From: Octopus bimaculoides
Taxonomy: Eukaryota
DNA: 53,120 bases
Direction of reading: 5' to 3'
Assembly (NCBI RefSeq): GCF_001194135.2
Contig: NC_068993.1
Span: 58,356,140 to 58,409,259 of the forward strand
The notes beneath the pieces were generated by a model that searched no databases, was not told the origin of the DNA, and saw nothing but the letters and a program-made list of their open reading frames with translations. Of the stretch, positions 38,486-50,239 are shown piece by piece; position 1 is the first letter of the stretch, and the number at the start of each line of letters is the position of its first letter. The position numbers were made by a program, and so were the translations under genes.

Positions 38486-40529
38486 ATATGCATATGTATA
38501 GGATTCAAAAAATGGAACAGAAGGACGACAAATGAACAAACAGAAAAGACACGCTCAAGACGGACATGCTCTTCCCTCCTCAGGTTATCGTCCAAAAGTC
38601 ATTAGAATTTCACGTCTCTAACTATAATATTATTCATTTTGATGGCGTCAACAGCAAAAGTTGCAGGAAATAATGAGCGTTCGTGGAGTACGGTGAAGAA
38701 AAAAAATATGACATAGGTAATAGTTGTATATACATATACAAACAAAATATACAAGCAAAATAAATATACAAGCAAAATAATACGACCCTCAGACAGCAAT
38801 AGGACAAGAGGTGTAGAAATAACACAATGGAAAATTATGTCCTATAGCAGTTGAAAAGGAAAGTGGATTAAATGAAATGATAGACGGCAAGAGAAAACGA
38901 TATGTGATAGAAAAATGAAACTAGTGTTGAAGGTAAAGGAAAAAGGGAGAGCCCTGGAAACGGTTGAATGAACGTGTCAAAGATCAGGCGAAGAAAGGAA
39001 GTTCAAAAGAGAAACAGGATGATCGTTGGTCACATGGTAGAGAGAGACGCAGAGGAAAAAGTAGTGAAGGGTAGAGAAAAAGGACCGAGGTAGAGACAGA
39101 AGACAACTGTATCACATCTCCCAGCTTCATCATTCCCTAGCTAGCACGTCGCGAAATGGAAACCTCGAATTTAAATTCCATTGTGTTTCTCTAATTTCTG
39201 TCTTCTTTTTTTTCTATAAATGTTACATAAAAACATAACGAAGGCTGATAACAAGTATTGCGCTCCATGATGTTTATGACTTCTTCAAATGTTTATACAC
39301 GCAATATAAACACATAGTTTCATGAATACATGATGATAAATATGCTTATATACATTTACATATATATACGTGTGGGTGTACGAATATATGTATGTTTGTG
39401 CATATATATATATATATATGATGTGTTGATGTGCTTGTTGTTCTTTGCAAACAATATTGGCAGTTTGGAATTATATAATGGCTATTGTTGTTGTTGCTTT
39501 AATTACTTGTTATTGCGCAAGTTTCTTTTGTTGCTATATTACTTAATAGTATAACAGTTGCTGCTCCTGTTGCTGCTGCTGCTGCTGCTGTTGCTGCTTC
39601 TTCTCTCATTGTTGTTATTATTAATATTGTTAATACAGTTCTTCTTACTCTTCATGTTAATGTTTTTATATGTTGCTGTTTTCCAACGTTACTGTTCATA
39701 CTGATGCTAAACTGCATTACACATACTCGCACACACGCTTTCGTACTTACATATGTATCTCTATGCATATATACATACATATATACATATATACATGTAT
39801 GTATGTGTATGTATGCATACGTACATTCACACAACACACACACACTTTTTCTCTCTCTCTCTCTCACACCCTCACGTTCTCTCTCACGCAAATATAACAC
39901 ACAACCGTACAAACACCGCAAGAGCACCCAAACATATACTATACATACATACAGCTATCCATCCATCCATCCATCCAGCCATCCAGCCAGCCTTTTATAA
40001 ACATATACAATTATTTTGTGTAAGTTTGTGTATGTATGTGTGTGTATGTATATATTATAAATGTATTTATATANNNNNNNNNNNNNNNNNNNNNNNNNNN
40101 NNNNNNNNNNNNNNNNNNNNNNNNNNNNNNNNNNNNNNNNNNNNNNNNNNNNNNNNNNNNNNNNNNNNNNNNNNNNNNNNNNNNNNNNNNNNNNNNNNNN
40201 NNNNNNNNNNNNNNNNNNNNNNNNNNNNNNNNNNNNNNNNNNNNNNNNNNNNNNNNNNNNNNNNNNNNNNNNNNNNNNNNNNNNNNNNNNNNNNNNNNNN
40301 NNNNNNNNNNNNNNNNNNNNNNNNNNNNNNNNNNNNNNNNNNNNNNNNNNNNNNNNNNNNNNNNNNNNNNNNNNNNNNNNNNNNNNNNNNNNNNNNNNNN
40401 NNNNNNNNNNNNNNNNNNNNNNNNNATACACGCACACATATACACGTATAACATAGCACCATACACATAATATAATATACAAATAGTTTTTCTTCTAGAT
40501 ATTTCCACTCCTTTATTCGCCTCATATAT

Positions 40530-40700
40530 CACACAGTGAAGTTAACTTTCGACTGACTGAAAACATTTTATTATAACAAAGCTATAAAAAGATGGTTTTA
40601 TTGTAACATTACAGTAAGTGTTCAATCAAGCTTTCTCGTCTTTCTTCAATCACACTTTCTACAAAACCGCCATTTTAGATTTAGAACAGCACTATAAAGT
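40530..40700 (-). mobile_element. Probable Tc1-like transposase C-terminal remnant
   Basis: Minus-strand FVESVIEERRESLIEHLL* (stop at 40609-40611) resembles the Tc1-type ending RLEAVIEAxGGHIEHLL*. Confidence 0.45.
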
Positions 40701-40959
40701 TCAGCTTCAATAAATCCATTTGTTTCAGAAATAATCTTTCTTTTTCAATTGATATTGTCTGTGGATTTTAACATAAACCAACATCATGCAAAAGTCTTGC
40801 AACACTTCCACTGTTGCAAGAATTTAACTGTAGCAATTGAAATTTTCGATGTACTTACATGTCCCAATGGCGTTTAAATTTTTGAAACCAAATAGGAATC
40901 ATAGCTGGACACAACGGTGTTTATGTATTATCTTGGGAAGCAAGCTTCTGGTTGTTGAC

Positions 40960-41585
40960 TAGTGTTGACGACGGTGGTAGTGATGGTGTTGATATTGGTG
41001 TTGGCATTAATGATGGTGGTGTCGGTGTTGGTGGGTGGGGGGGTTGTTTTGGTGGTAGTGATAGTAGTGGTAGTCATGGTGGTGGTGGTGGTAGTGGTGG
41101 TGGTGGTGGTGGTGGTGGTGGTGGTGAGGAATTATCAGGTGCTGGTGATGATCNNNNNNNNNNNNNNNNNNNNNNNNNNNNNNNNNNNNNNNNNNNNNNN
41201 NNNNNNNNNNNNNNNNNNNNNNNNNNNNNNNNNNNNNNNNNNNNNNNNNNNNNNNNNNNNNNNNNNNNNNNNNNTGTAGTACTGGTGGTGGTGGTGGTGG
41301 TGGTGGTGGTGGTGGCGGTGCTTTGTCTTCTAGCACCATTTGTGATGGTGACGGTGTTGATGATGGTCATGGTGGCGGCGGCAGCAGCAGAGGCGATGGT
41401 GGTGGTAGCACGGTGTGGGGGTGCGGTGAAAAATGGTGATGATACATACATACATACAGTGTTGTTGCTTTTTGTTCTTGTTGTTATTGATGGCTGTAGT
41501 ATCGGTGGTGGTTGTAGTTCTGGTCACTGTGGTGGCGGTGGTGAAGTAGTTGCTATTGTTGTTGTTGTTATTTGTTGTTGCTGTT
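40960..41585. repeat. Degenerate (GGT)n/(GTT)n low-complexity tract spanning a gap
   Basis: Direct reading; source of the poly-G/V/P/H pseudo-ORFs. Confidence 0.85.
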
Positions 41586-42606
41586 GAAGTTATCACCATT
41601 GTTTTTGACTTCATCGTTGTTAATCCCTCAAGGAGAGTTTTTTGGGCCAAGAGACCTGTGATGCGCTGGATGTCAGCCAAACCTCGAAGGCGTGCGTGAC
41701 CCATATATTTGTTGTTCCTTTGACACCACGTCCTCTACTTAGTTAAAAACCATACAGTGTGTACACACACACACACGCACACACACGCACACATAAACCA
41801 ATGTACATAGTATCGGTATAAATAGTAAACCTGCATTAACTAAATTGTATGCTAAATCGCGACCAAACTTTAATTCCACACAAATTATAATCCCACCAGT
41901 CTTCCATAGTTACTACTATGATAAAAATATATTTATATCAGCATTTCTAAATCTGCGCATCAAAATATAAGGGAAGTACGTTTTAAGCTCAGCATATATT
42001 TCCACACCGATTAATCCATAAACTTGCCTTTCCTCCTAAGGAAGCTAACATAAAACGTATAATGGAGAACCGTATATATATTGAAAAGAGCATGCTGGTA
42101 TGCATGGAAATATCCTCAATATCTCAAAGACAGCATTTCGAGTGATCAGCGAAGGATCTCCTCGATACCACATTAAAATAACTGATATACTAATACTATC
42201 GATATCACTGCTCTGCTGCGCTAAACTAGCATTCTCCGTATCACTTCTTCTGAAGCCTACTCAATGCACCCACCACGGTGTACATCGTCATCGCCGTAGT
42301 GATTCACTGAAGAGCAAATCCAATCCCTACGCCAAATAACTACAAGGGTTGGCTACATGTTTTATATACACACATATACGTATATGAAATTATACACACA
42401 TATATACATACACACACCCGCACATTCACTAAGAGACTTACGCACACTGGTAGACTTATAAACACAATAGCAACGAAACACATACGTGAACCTCTAAGCG
42501 TGCAGCTTCCACTATACATTCGCGTGAGCACACACACACACACGGCTACAGACACTGGATTATCACAATCACACCTATATAAACGCACAGTTATACAGAC
42601 AGACAG

Positions 42607-42705
<99 letters not shown>

Positions 42706-42895
42706 CACAGACAGACACATATATATATATATGTATATACATATATACATTTTCATGAACGAAGAGATACATAGCCATACGCCTGCGCACACAAACACGC
42801 ATACAAACTGAAAAGGAACGAACCTACTCTAACTCACATACCAATACAATCACACAAGAACTGGAAACTCTCAAATACTCCCTCCCTCTCTTTCG

Positions 42896-42943
<48 letters not shown>

Positions 42944-43130
42944 TAAAGTAGACACAAGCAAACATACCCTATAATGTCAGGTTTTATCACTTATCCACTC
43001 CAATTTTCCCAAGAAACCATTTACGTTCGATTGAGTGGTCTTCAATAGTAAACACCAAACGACATAAGACTTGATTAAATGTATCCTCTCAAACATGGCG
43101 ACTATCTTTTATGTTGAATCTGCGTCGTAT

Positions 43131-43880
43131 ATATATTCAATGGCGCAGACAATATCAGCATAGTGCGCAAGGATTTTCGCTGGTGCAGACAACATATTAC
43201 ATTAGAAGATGAATATTTGGACGGTACAAACGACGCACGACATAGAAGAGGAATATCTTCAGTAGAAGGATATCTCACTACAGAGATGAATACTGACGCT
43301 GACGCTGACGGCACACAACATAATGAACAAAGATTTTTAGATGATATATCACATGAGGAGATGAATATTTCACGTCTATGTCGTGTCGACTGTTGCAGTC
43401 AACACAACATAGAAAGGGAATATTTTCAATGGGGAAATTTCACACAAAATAGATGAAAAATTTCACTGGCAGAGACGACATTCTCTACCGTAGACAAAGA
43501 TATTTATTGGTGCAAGCGAAATATATCCCATAGATAGACCAATATTTCAGTGTGCATTTGAAGCAACAATATTTTCATTGGGAAGATGTCAGATAACATA
43601 CCAAATGAATATTTCCACTGGCACAGACACCATGCATCAGAGAAGATAAATTTGACTAATGCAGACGACATATCATATAGGGAGGCGAATATTTCAATGG
43701 TGCAGACGACAAACAACACAGCAAACGATTATTTTCATTGGGTAGAGGTCACAAAACACAGAACACGAGTATTTTCACTGACATACACGTTACACAACAG
43801 AGAAGACGAATATAACTGGAGCATGCAACACATAGACGACAAAAAGAGAAGAGTTAAACGGTTTCAATGGGTATTTTCAT
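43131..43880 (+). repeat. Degenerate ~40-bp minisatellite, approximate consensus GAATATTTCAATGGTGCAGACGACATATCACATAGAGAAG
   Basis: tggcgcagac at 43141 and tggtgcagac at 43181; gaatat at 43211 and 43251; the motif recurs to about 43880. Confidence 0.8.
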
Positions 43881-44512
43881 GTGCTCTTTTTAAAAATAAT
43901 TCTCAGGGATGTTTGTGTTAATGTTCATACTGTTATTGTTGCTAGTACTACTTTTCTATTTTTGTTGTTGGTATTGTTAGGGTTTCTTTATCTCTTTCAT
44001 GGTCGTTCTGTTGTTGGCTTCTTTTCTTCAGATTTTTTTTATTTTTTTCTAAAAATAAAAGAAACCTTTAGGAAATGGTTCATAAGTTTTTGTATAATTT
44101 CACAGTATGCGTTTCTAGTATTCGTGTGTGTGTGTGCGTATGTGTGAATATATATATGTATCTATGTGCACGGTTGAGTGTATATTTGTTCGTGCTCGTT
44201 TATGTGAGCTTAAAAACTTTTTGAAGATTGTGTGACGTTATCTATAAATATTCCCACATGAGCATCTGTATTAATGGGTGTAAAAATATATGTTCGTGTA
44301 TGTATGTATACATTATAAACACACATGCACACACACAAACACACACACACAAACACATACACACAAACATACACACACACACACATATATAAACACACAA
44401 TATGGTACTATTGGTTTAAGATAAGTTGGTAATGGAATTTATATCCTAAACATCAACAGCTTGTATATACGAATGCATATATATGTATATCTATATATAT
44501 ATATATATCTAT

Positions 44513-44547
<35 letters not shown>

Positions 44548-45543
44548 NNNNNNNNNNNNNNNNNNNNNNNNNNNNNNNNNNNNNNNNNNNNNNNNNNNNN
44601 NNNNNNNNNNNNNNNNNNNNNNNNNNNNNNNNNNNNNNNNNNNNNNNNNNNNNNNNNNNNNNNNNNNNNNNNNNNNNNNNNNNNNNNNNNNNNNNNNNNN
44701 NNNNNNNNNNNNNNNNNNNNNNNNNNNNNNNNNNNNNNNNNNNNNNNNNNNNNNNNNNNNNNNNNNNNNNNNNNNNNNNNNNNNNNNNNNNNNNNNNNNN
44801 NNNNNNNNNNNNNNNNNNNNNNNNNNNNNNNNNNNNNNNNNNNNNNNNNNNNNNNNNNNNNNNNNNNNNNNNNNNNNNNNNNNNNNNNNNNNNNNNNNNN
44901 NNNNNNNNNNNNNNNNNNNNNNNNNNNNNNNNNNNNNNNNNNNNNNNNNNNNNNNNNNNNNNNNNNNNNNNNNNNNNNNNNNNNNNNNNNNNNNNNNNNN
45001 NNNNNNNNNNNNNNNNNNNNNNNNNNNNNNNNNNNNNNNNNNNNNNNNNNNNNNNNNNNNNNNNNNNNNNNNNNNNNNNNNNNNNNNNNNNNNNNNNNNN
45101 NNNNNNNNNNNNNNNNNNNNNNNNNNNNNNNNNNNNNNNNNNNNNNNNNNNNNNNNNNNNNNNNNNNNNNNNNNNNNNNNNNNNNNNNNNNNNNNNNNNN
45201 NNNNNNNNNNNNNNNNNNNNNNNNNNNNNNNNNNNNNNNNNNNNNNNNNNNNNNNNNNNNNNNNNNNNNNNNNNNNNNNNNNNNNNNNNNNNNNNNNNNN
45301 NNNNNNNNNNNNNNNNNNNNNNNNNNNNNNNNNNNNNNNNNNNNNNNNNNNNNNNNNNNNNNNNNNNNNNNNNNNNNNNNNNNNNNNNNNNNNNNNNNNN
45401 NNNNNNNNNNNNNNNNNNNNNNNNNNNNNNNNNNNNNNNNNNNNNNNNNNNNNNNNNNNNNNNNNNNNNNNNNNNNNNNNNNNNNNNNNNNNNNNNNNNN
45501 NNNNNNNNNNNNNNNNNNNNNNNNNNNNNNNNNNNNNNNNNNN

Positions 45544-45576
<33 letters not shown>

Positions 45577-46166
45577 TGTATAAATGTGTATGTGTTTCTG
45601 CGTCTATTCGTATCAGTGGATGAAGTCTTATCGAAACATCTCAGATAATTTGTAGGGCGTATGTGCTTAGAATTGCGTATTTGTGACCGTGTGAGTGTGA
45701 GGACAAATGTGTTTTTAAAAGTTCCCTGGATGTGCGAATATATATATGCGTGTGTATTTTTGTATCTATTACAGGCCTGTATGACAGTTGTATTATGGGT
45801 TAAAGTTCGAGCCTTTAGGAAGTGCTTATATTAAATGATTCTGTGTAACTTTTACTTCGGTACTAATAGCTCAATATGATATTTATCTATTTACAAGTGT
45901 GTGTGGGTGTGTGTGTATGTGTGTGGGTGTGTGTATGTGTGTGTGTCTGTGTGTGTGTATGCATATATGTGTGTGCGTGTGTAAGTGTGTGTGAGTATGC
46001 GCGCGCTTGTGTGTGTGCTTATGTGTGTGTATCGATATGTATGTATATATGTATATACGTGTGTGCATACATACAAACATATATATATGTATATATATGC
46101 GTGTATGTATCTATACATATCTATAAATATGTATGTGTACAATTCTCTACTTTTTGCTATCTGTGA

Positions 46167-46206
<40 letters not shown>

Positions 46207-46214
46207 CGTGTGTT

Positions 46215-46250
<36 letters not shown>

Positions 46251-46369
46251 CTTTATACTTATAACTTTCTATTTGACTAGCTCGCTTCCAGTCTTTTAAA
46301 CTATCTATCTTTATATCTCATTCTTCGTTTGTTTATTATTTATATACATACATTATATACATACACTCA

Positions 46370-46411
<42 letters not shown>

Positions 46412-46732
46412 TACATACATATATANNNNNNNNNNNNNNNNNNNNNNNNNNNNNNNNNNNNNNNNNNNNNNNNNNNNNNNNNNNNNNNNNNNNNNNNNNN
46501 NNNNNNNNNNNNNNNNNNNNNNNNNNNNNNNNNNNNNNNNNNNNNNNNNNNNNNNNNNNNNNNNNNNNNNNNNNNNNNNNNNNNNNNNNNNNNGGTACTT
46601 CGACTGAAAAGTTGAACCAAAAAAAAAAAAATTGTGTGAAAGTTAAAACTTTTGAAGAAATAATGTAGGAGAAATATTCCTTAAGTTGTTTTATACATTG
46701 TATATTTTTGTGTGTGTGAGAGAGATAGAGTT

Positions 46733-46791
<59 letters not shown>

Positions 46792-46793
<2 letters not shown>

Positions 46794-47068
46794 TTCTTTT
46801 ATTAGCCACACAGGGCTCAACAAAGATGGGATAAATACAATGAAGAGCTTTCCTTTTTGGGAGGGGGAAGGGGAAAAAAGTAGGGGGTGTCGATCAAAAG
46901 GGATCGTAGGAAGGAAAAAAGGGGGGAGTTCGATCAAAAGGGATCGAGAAAAAAAGGGGGGGATCAATAGGGATCGTGTATCACAGTAATGTTCTCGTGT
47001 AAAAAGAGGGGAGGACAGTTTAGGTTTAGCCATGGAAAGTAAAGCCTACGGAAAAGACCACGGTAACC
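46792..47068 (-). mobile_element. 5'-truncated non-LTR retrotransposon 3' end inserted in (GATA)n
   Basis: Minus strand ends AATAAA-agaaa-(TCTA)n (TTTATT at 46798-46803); tagatagatag on the other flank at 47069-47079. Confidence 0.6.
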
Positions 47069-47130
47069 TAGATAGATAGCCACACAAATATTAATATACA
47101 TATTTGTATGTATTCACAATATATAAGTTT

Positions 47131-47210
47131 GGCCAGTTCGTTTGACTAAACCATTCGTCGCAGTACCCCAGCATGGCTGCAGTCCAATTACTGAAACGAA
47201 TTAAAGATAA
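47131..47210 (+). mobile_element. SINE shared 3' tail fragment
   Basis: cagtaccccagcatggctgcagtccaattactgaaacgaattaaagataa. Confidence 0.65.
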
Positions 47211-47571
47211 CGGATATTAAAGTGTCATAGACTACAAAAAGAATACAGGAACACAAAACCCAAGTTAGAAACTCATTAATCTTATCAAATCACTTCTTAG
47301 TTTCTATCTGCAATGCTTAAATAAAAGTTGCGACAGTCACTGCTGGAAGGACTTTTGATCTTTGGTTTCCTCATGCCTATCTAAGGTTAAACAACAGCTA
47401 CAATAAACCAAACCCACACTACTGAAGAAGCTTTTCAAATAAAACGTATATTGGTCTTGATAACCATCATATAACCGATATGAAACCTTCTTAGTATCAT
47501 AGTTATTATGAAACTTCCGAACTAGAACGTCCGCACCCTATCATACCACTGTGCCAGAGTTTTTTTTTCTA

Positions 47572-47727
47572 CAACCCATAGACAGAGAACACCACTGGAA
47601 AATACGAAAGCTAAAAGAAGCAGCACATATGCTAGGACACAACAACATCCTAAGCAGACTGAGTGCAGATATGAGCAGCATATGGGAACCAGTATTAAGG
47701 AAGGATAGAAAAATATTAGGTTCGTAA
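47572..47727 (+). mobile_element. Penelope-like element, GIY-YIG endonuclease C-terminus (5'-truncated ORF end)
   Basis: Uninterrupted IDREHHWKIRKLKEAAHMLGHNNILSRLSADMSSIWEPVLRKDRKILGS* (TAA at 47725-47727) fits the PLE motif ILDRExxWxxRxxKEA...LNR...xxWxPxL. Confidence 0.8.
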
Positions 47728-47756
47728 GCCCTAAAATTGACTCCGTAATTGCCCAC

Positions 47757-47960
47757 GGGCATATTACATAGTGGTTAAGAGCGCGGGCTACTAACCACAA
47801 TATTCTGAGTTCGATTCCAAGCAGTGACCTGAATAATAATAATAATTATGATAATATCGAAAGATACCTTGGGAATGAGAACCCAGGTTCGAAATTTCCC
47901 CCAAGACACCTGATGAGGACAAATATCCGTCGAATGTAAATAATGTACAACCCATCTTTG
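47757..47960 (+). mobile_element. tRNA-like cassette (Pol III A/B boxes) plus (AAT)n and CTGATGA; SINE-like or PLE terminal repeat
   Basis: tacatagtggttaagagcgcgggctactaacc (A box, tRNA-Ser-like), GAGTTCGATTCC at 47807-47818 (B box), CTGATGA at 47910-47916. Confidence 0.7.
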
Positions 47961-48149
47961 CTTTAAAATTACCTGTAGGCATTAAACTGCAAGTAACGAC
48001 GTGCAAAACGGTTTAAAAAATAAATGCTATAAGAGTCACTTTCCCTCAGATATTGAGTTCTACGAATTTCGTGACAAAGAATAATTTGTAACCAACAATA
48101 CTTGCAATTACGCCATTACATTTATGTCGCTCAGTCATTGTTGAATTTT

Positions 48150-48750
48150 CTGCACATTACAAAGAAGATAGTTTGACGATGAATCTTTACATACTTGCAC
48201 GTGGAAGGCGTCGTAAAAAGGGCGAGGTAGAAAGTACAATTTATGAGAACATCAGTACAGACTTATTCTCAAAAGAAACGTTGCGTTATAAAAATCCGTA
48301 ATTGCCTACCAGAGATAAAAGAACTTGATTGTTTTGAAGCGGAATTACAAGAGATGACTAACAAAGTAATTTTCAAAATATAGAGAAACCATTTCCAAAA
48401 CAAACTGAAATCAGACATTAAGACCATTAAGAATTGCAACTAAAATCTTCATCTCCGACAAAACTAATAATCTGTTTGAATTATATAGCAACACTTCCAC
48501 AAAGCACTTAGATAATAACATTATAGAATTCACAGGGAAGCTAATAGTAGCACTTATGATGGTGTTAACGGCGAGTAGAAGACTATAACATCCAGACTAA
48601 AGCTAGATACGAAAGCACAATGTTGAAATACGAAGCGTATACAAGTCTAAAGAGAACTTCACTACAAACCACATGGGTATATGTTTTAATCAAGCTAACA
48701 GCGAACTTACGATGGTGAAATGTGTTTTTAAAAGAATTAACAACATTACT
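48150..48750 (+). mobile_element. Degraded Penelope-like retroelement N-terminus and RT start (Naiad-like)
   Basis: ESLHTCTWKA, NCLPEIKELDCFEAELQEM, NHFQNKLKSDIKTIKN, SDKTNNLFEL, EAYTSLK..ENFTTN..NQANSEL..KRINN follow the PLE order RWKA..FE..FQ..DI..DKTxN..LKDHKENF..RLINPAKSE. Confidence 0.8.
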
Positions 48751-48937
48751 ATCTTATGACAATTAAATAACACTAGCACGGTTACTAACTGATGTCAGTA
48801 TTATGTCTAAAATAGGAGGTGAATTCAGCAATTCCCAAAACTTCCTGTTCCAATTCCCAAAAGTTACTTATCAGGGAAGCAGAATTGGAGAGATCATATT
48901 GTACTATTAACGATAACAATATTGACTCAGTTTCAAA

Positions 48938-49173
48938 GTCGGCGAGCTGGTAGAAACGTTAGCACGCCGGGTGAAACGCTTAGCGGTATTTCGTCTGTTT
49001 GCCTATTCGTTCTGAGTTCAAATTCCGCTGAGGTCGACTTTGCCTTTCATACTTTCGGGGTCGATAAATTCAGTACCAGTTACGCACTGGGTCGATGTAA
49101 TCGACTTAATCCCTTTGTCTGTCCTTGTTTGTCCCCTCTATGTTTAGCCCTTTGTGGGCAGTAAAGAAATAAG
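48938..49173 (+). mobile_element. SINE family B, full length, tail type 1
   Basis: gtcggcgagctggtagaaacgttagcacgccggg..gttctgagttcaaattccgctgaggtcgactttgcctttcatactttcggggtcgataaattcagtacc..gggcagtaaagaaataa. Confidence 0.9.
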
Positions 49174-49380
49174 AAACGTTAGCACACCGGGCAAAATGCT
49201 TAGCGGTATTTCGTCTGTTTGTCTTTAAGTTCTGAGTTCAAATTCCGCCGAGGTCGACTTTGCCTTTCATCCTTTTGAGGTCGATAAATTAGGTACCAGT
49301 TGCGGACTGGAATCGATCTGATCGACTGGCTCCATTCCCCAAAAATTTCGGGACTTGTGCCTAGAGTAGAAAAGAATATT
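49174..49380 (+). mobile_element. SINE family B, second tandem copy, tail type 2
   Basis: Starts gaaacgttagcacaccggg; same body; ends ggacttgtgcctagagtagaaaagaatatt. Confidence 0.9.
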
Positions 49381-49508
49381 GAGCCAGTTTCAGATGTCAG
49401 AGAGTTCCTGCTTTTCAACAGAGTACTGCATGTTTCAAAGATCATGACGATTCTTTCGACTTCAGTCCGGTTAGTCTGAATGGACAGAATCTTGTGAGCT
49501 CGTCGTTT

Positions 49509-49794
49509 TATTAGGTTGTCCGGAAAGTTCTGAGCGTTTCTAAGCCAAATCTTTTAACGCTTCGATGAACACAACAGTTGAAACTTTAGCATTGCTTGAG
49601 GTGGTGGTGCATGTCTTCTTTGTACCTGGCTAAAAATAGATTTATTTTCCATTCCGGTTACTTTTTATTGGCATTTGAAATGGATAACCACAAATGTCAT
49701 ATTCGCATTGCAATGCTTTGATTTTTTTTAAAAAGGAGAAAATGCTGCAAAGACTTCCAAAAACATTTGTGAAATTTATGGTGATGATACTGTA
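49509..49794 (+). mobile_element. Mariner 5' end (TIR, 5' UTR, transposase start), cut by a SINE
   Basis: TA-ttaggttgtccggaaagtt TIR; ATG at 49680 gives MDNHKCHIRIAML/KKGENAAKTSKNICEIYGDDTV, similar to the mariner start MENQKEHFRHILLFYFRKGKNA..ICAVYG. Confidence 0.85.
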
Positions 49795-49971
49795 GGTAGC
49801 TTGCTTACGAACCTCATGGCTCAGGGCTCAGTCCCACTGCATGGCGCCTTGGGCAAGTGTCTTCTACTATAGCCTCGGACCGACCAAAGCCTTGTAAGTG
49901 GATTTGGTAGACGGAAACTGAAACAAGCCTGTCGTATATATGTATATATATATATATATGTGTGTGTATGT

Positions 49972-50034
<63 letters not shown>

Positions 50035-50239
50035 TGTGTCTGTGTTTCTTCCCCTAGCATTACTTGACAACCGATGCTGGTTGTGTTTATGACCCCGTAA
50101 ATTAGCGGTTCGGCAAAAAGAGACCGATAGAATAAGTACTAGGATTACAAAGAATAAGTCCCGGGGTCGATTTGCTCGACTAAAGGCGGTGCTCCAGCAT
50201 GGCCGCAGTCAAATGACTGAAACAAGTAAATAGATAAAA
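49795..50239 (+). mobile_element. SINE family A, nearly full length, with internal (TA)n(TG)n
   Basis: CORE-like gcgccttgggcaagtgtcttc, microsatellite at about 49936-50035, tail cagcatggccgcagtcaaatgactgaaacaagtaaa. Confidence 0.9.

Noticed and set aside
41600-41720. IPQGEFFGP resembling an RT motif, and the minus-strand ORF MGHARLRGLADIQR
   Set aside because: Isolated match with stops on both sides and no flanking RT motifs; no recognisable homology in any frame
43131-43880. Repeat array as a CRISPR-like locus
   Set aside because: Eukaryotic context, units diverge throughout with no constant-repeat/unique-spacer pattern, and no cas genes
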